Source of the DNA: Nitrosopumilus sp.
GTDB taxonomy: Archaea > Thermoproteota > Nitrososphaeria > Nitrososphaerales > Nitrosopumilaceae
Length of the DNA: 64,000 nucleotides
Direction: 5' to 3'
NCBI GenBank assembly: GCA_965238275.1
Contig: OZ250186.1
Coordinates: 608,001-672,000 of the forward strand
Notes under the pieces: generated by a model
What the model was told of the DNA's origin: nothing
The model's input: the letters and a program-made list of their open reading frames with translations, nothing else
Databases searched by the model: none
Position numbers and translations under genes: made by a program
In this document: piece by piece, positions 61,569-64,000 of the stretch
How the letters are laid out: every line of letters begins with the position of its first letter
How positions within the stretch are numbered: the stretch's first letter is position 1

Positions 61569-62520
61569 GGCGGCGGACTTTAGGACGGACGTCCACAACG
61601 ACTGGTGCCCGGGATGCGGCGACTTTGGAATACTCAATGCCATCCAGATGGCCCTGGCCGAGACCGGAATCCGCAGGGACAAGACGGCGATATTTGCCGG
61701 AATAGGGTGCTCCGGCAAGACGTACAGCTTTGTCAACACGTACGGCATCAACACCCTCCACGGCAGGGTGCTTCCGTTTGCCCAGGGGGCCAAGATCGCA
61801 AACAACGATCTTACGGTACTCGCAATCGGCGGGGACGGCGACGGGCTGGGAATCGGTGCCGGCCACTTCGTCGCGGCAGGCAGGAGGAACGTGGACATGA
61901 CCTACATCATATTTGACAACGGCGTGTACGGCCTGACAAAGGGGCAGGCCTCCCCCACCATGAGGCTCGGGGAGAAGCCAAAGTCACTGGCCACGCCAAA
62001 CAAGAACGACAACGTCAACCCGCTCGCGCTGGCAGTCACAAGCGGCTTTACGTTCATCGCGCGCGGCTACTCCTATGACGTCCGGCACCTGAAGGATCTG
62101 ATAATCCAAGCGATATACCACAAGGGGCTCTCCTTCCTGGACGTCTTGCAGCCGTGCCCGACGTACAACGACATCAACACCCACGACTGGTACGCCGGGG
62201 AGGATATGGCAGGCGAGTCCATGGAACGACACTCTAGGATATACAAGCTGGAGGACACCGGATACGATCCGATGGTCCACTACGACACCGGGGAGGAGAT
62301 AAACGAAAAGATGACGCAGGCACTGATAAAGTCCATGGAGTGGAACGACAAGATACCCACAGGCGTCTTTTACGTGAATGGCATATCGACGCCCTACAAC
62401 GAGAGGATGCTAGACGACATACCCAACTACATAGAGAACCCTCCGGCACGGCAGGAGATCTCCAACCTAGGCGTCTCGAATGTGGACATTACGCCCATGC
62501 TGGACTCTCTGGATGTATAG
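61558..62520 (+). CDS. 2-oxoacid:ferredoxin oxidoreductase beta subunit
   Basis: WCPGCGD, GIGCS, HGR, GGDGD, YGLTKGQASPT. Confidence 0.95.
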   Translation: MTHKAADFRTDVHNDWCPGCGDFGILNAIQMALAETGIRRDKTAIFAGIGCSGKTYSFVNTYGINTLHGRVLPFAQGAKIANNDLTVLAIGGDGDGLGIGAGHFVAAGRRNVDMTYIIFDNGVYGLTKGQASPTMRLGEKPKSLATPNKNDNVNPLALAVTSGFTFIARGYSYDVRHLKDLIIQAIYHKGLSFLDVLQPCPTYNDINTHDWYAGEDMAGESMERHSRIYKLEDTGYDPMVHYDTGEEINEKMTQALIKSMEWNDKIPTGVFYVNGISTPYNERMLDDIPNYIENPPARQEISNLGVSNVDITPMLDSLDV

Positions 62521-62597
62521 GGTAGGATCACTACTGGATGCTGGCCGGGCAAAAGAAAAAACGGATCCATGGGTAAAAAAACGCCGCAGTGTGAACG

Positions 62598-63299
62598 TCA
62601 TTCGTCAAGCAGTTCGAGGGCGACGGTCCTGCCCACCACCATCCCATCCTTATCAGTCTCGTTGGTCGCGCTAAGGAGTGTCGGAAACTGGCTCCCGTCC
62701 TTTCGGAGCATCCATATCTTGGACTTGTCGCGGCGCCCGTGCCTCCAGTTCTCCATGTTTGCGTGCAGGTTGCCCTTGCTTCTCGGGGCGGTGTGCTCGT
62801 AGAGACTGATTCCGACGACCTCGTCTTTTATGTATCCCAGGTTGTCCAGATATGACTGGCTGCAGTCAACTATCGTGCCTATATAGTCGACTGACCTGCG
62901 CATGACTTTGGGATCCTCGTAGCCCTCCTTGGCACCAACATTGTACATATCCTGCATCGCCTTGATGTCGGACATCACCCTCATGTTGATGCTTGCCCCG
63001 ATCACCTTTCCGTTTTCGTACACGTTCCTGATCGTCCGTATCACGTCCACAACTTCCCCGTCCCTTGTCTGCAGCTGGATCCTGTTAGAGACGTTTGTCG
63101 CAAACGTATTCTTCCAGGCGAGGTACACGCGCCATATATGATCGCGGAGATCGTCTGGCACATGATCCAAAATGGACGTGCCTATCACCTCATCAACCGT
63201 ATACCCCAACCTCTCAGCATAAAGCTGGTTGCAGTCCGTGATTATGCCGTCGGGAGTGACGTACCGGTATAGCACCGGTATTGATGCATGTACTGACAT
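62598..63299 (-). CDS. Stand-alone tandem PAS-domain protein
   Basis: Two repeats: GIITDCN..LGYTVDEVIG..RDG and GTIVDCS..LGYIKDEVVG..RKDG. Confidence 0.85.
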   Translation of the reverse strand: MSVHASIPVLYRYVTPDGIITDCNQLYAERLGYTVDEVIGTSILDHVPDDLRDHIWRVYLAWKNTFATNVSNRIQLQTRDGEVVDVIRTIRNVYENGKVIGASINMRVMSDIKAMQDMYNVGAKEGYEDPKVMRRSVDYIGTIVDCSQSYLDNLGYIKDEVVGISLYEHTAPRSKGNLHANMENWRHGRRDKSKIWMLRKDGSQFPTLLSATNETDKDGMVVGRTVALELLDE

Positions 63300-63486
63300 T
63301 ACTAAAGGGTGACCAGCCTATTTTATAAGAAAATCTACGGCGCCAAGTGGTGGTGGGGAAGTCTTTCAGGTGTGGTTTCAAGCTGAACAACCGGTGTCTG
63401 TATACAACCTAGATGGAAAAATGAGCGAAACAATGTGTCCAACACCGCATAAGGTCTAATTAATACAATTGGCAAGTACGGTATGT

Positions 63487-64000
63487 ATGGACAGGAAGGA
63501 TAATCTCAGAACCGGCTACACCACGGGAAGTTCGGCCACGGCAGCTTCCAAGGCCGCACTGCTGGCAATACTCGGCCAGCAGGACATATCCAGCGTAGAG
63601 ATCCAGCTGCCCAAGGGCAACTGCATACAGATTCCGGTAATCTCCTGTAGACATTGGTCCGATAGGGCAAGGTGCACTGTAGTCAAGGACGGGGGGGACG
63701 ATCCCGACGTGACCCACGGCGCTGAGATCATAGTGGATCTGTCCCTTACTGATGCGGTAGGAAAAATAGACATAGACGGGGGCCAAGGTATTGGAATAGT
63801 CACAAAGCCTGGTCTGGGACTGGAGATAAACAAACCCGCCATCAATCCGGTGCCCAAAAAGATGATTACCAAGAACCTGCAGGATGCCGGAGGGCAGATA
63901 CTTGACAAACACGGGATCCGGGTGGTGATCTCGGTTCCCAAAGGCACCGAGCTTGGTCCAAAGACTGACAATCCGAGAATAGGCATCAAGGGCGGCATCT
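63487..64000 (+). CDS. cbiD: Cobalt-precorrin-5B C1-methyltransferase (5' part, runs off the window)
   Basis: Translated by hand: LRTGYTTGSSA, KDGGDDPDVTHGA, PAINPVP, NPRIGI; absent from the ORF track. Confidence 0.93.
   Translation, partial: MDRKDNLRTGYTTGSSATAASKAALLAILGQQDISSVEIQLPKGNCIQIPVISCRHWSDRARCTVVKDGGDDPDVTHGAEIIVDLSLTDAVGKIDIDGGQGIGIVTKPGLGLEINKPAINPVPKKMITKNLQDAGGQILDKHGIRVVISVPKGTELGPKTDNPRIGIKGGI

Overview
This window is chromosomal DNA from an ammonia-oxidising-type archaeon (Nitrososphaerota, Nitrosopumilaceae-like; inferred from protein families). It spans the replication origin: PolD DP1, orc1/cdc6, ORB repeats and PolD DP2. Housekeeping genes include thermosome, two TFBs, hsp20-cdc48, GGGP synthase, glyA, sulfate assimilation (cysC/cysQ/cysH/sat), preQ0/archaeosine (queE/folE/queC), aconitase-X mevalonate genes, cobalamin genes and two ESCRT-III paralogs. 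Several mobile elements with readable ends are present: an intact IS5-family element (19-bp TIR, 9-bp TSD), an IS66 (8-bp TSD), three copies of a 90-bp MITE inserted at CCTGG, and a transposase fragment fused in frame to pyrE. The main candidate for a new system is a transposase-less element in two near-identical copies (6931-8532 and 34579-37958). It carries only a TnpB RNA-guided nuclease gene, yet is bounded by IS630/Tc1-mariner-style inverted repeats with TA duplications instead of IS200/IS605 or IS607 ends. Both insertion sites share a putative TAM (TTCTA). Other candidates are a promoter-driven structured ~125-nt RNA, a promoter motif shared by the two ESCRT-III genes, and a racemase homolog with both catalytic Cys replaced by Ser. 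No CRISPR array, rRNA or tRNA was recognised. All calls come from reading the sequence; no searches were run.
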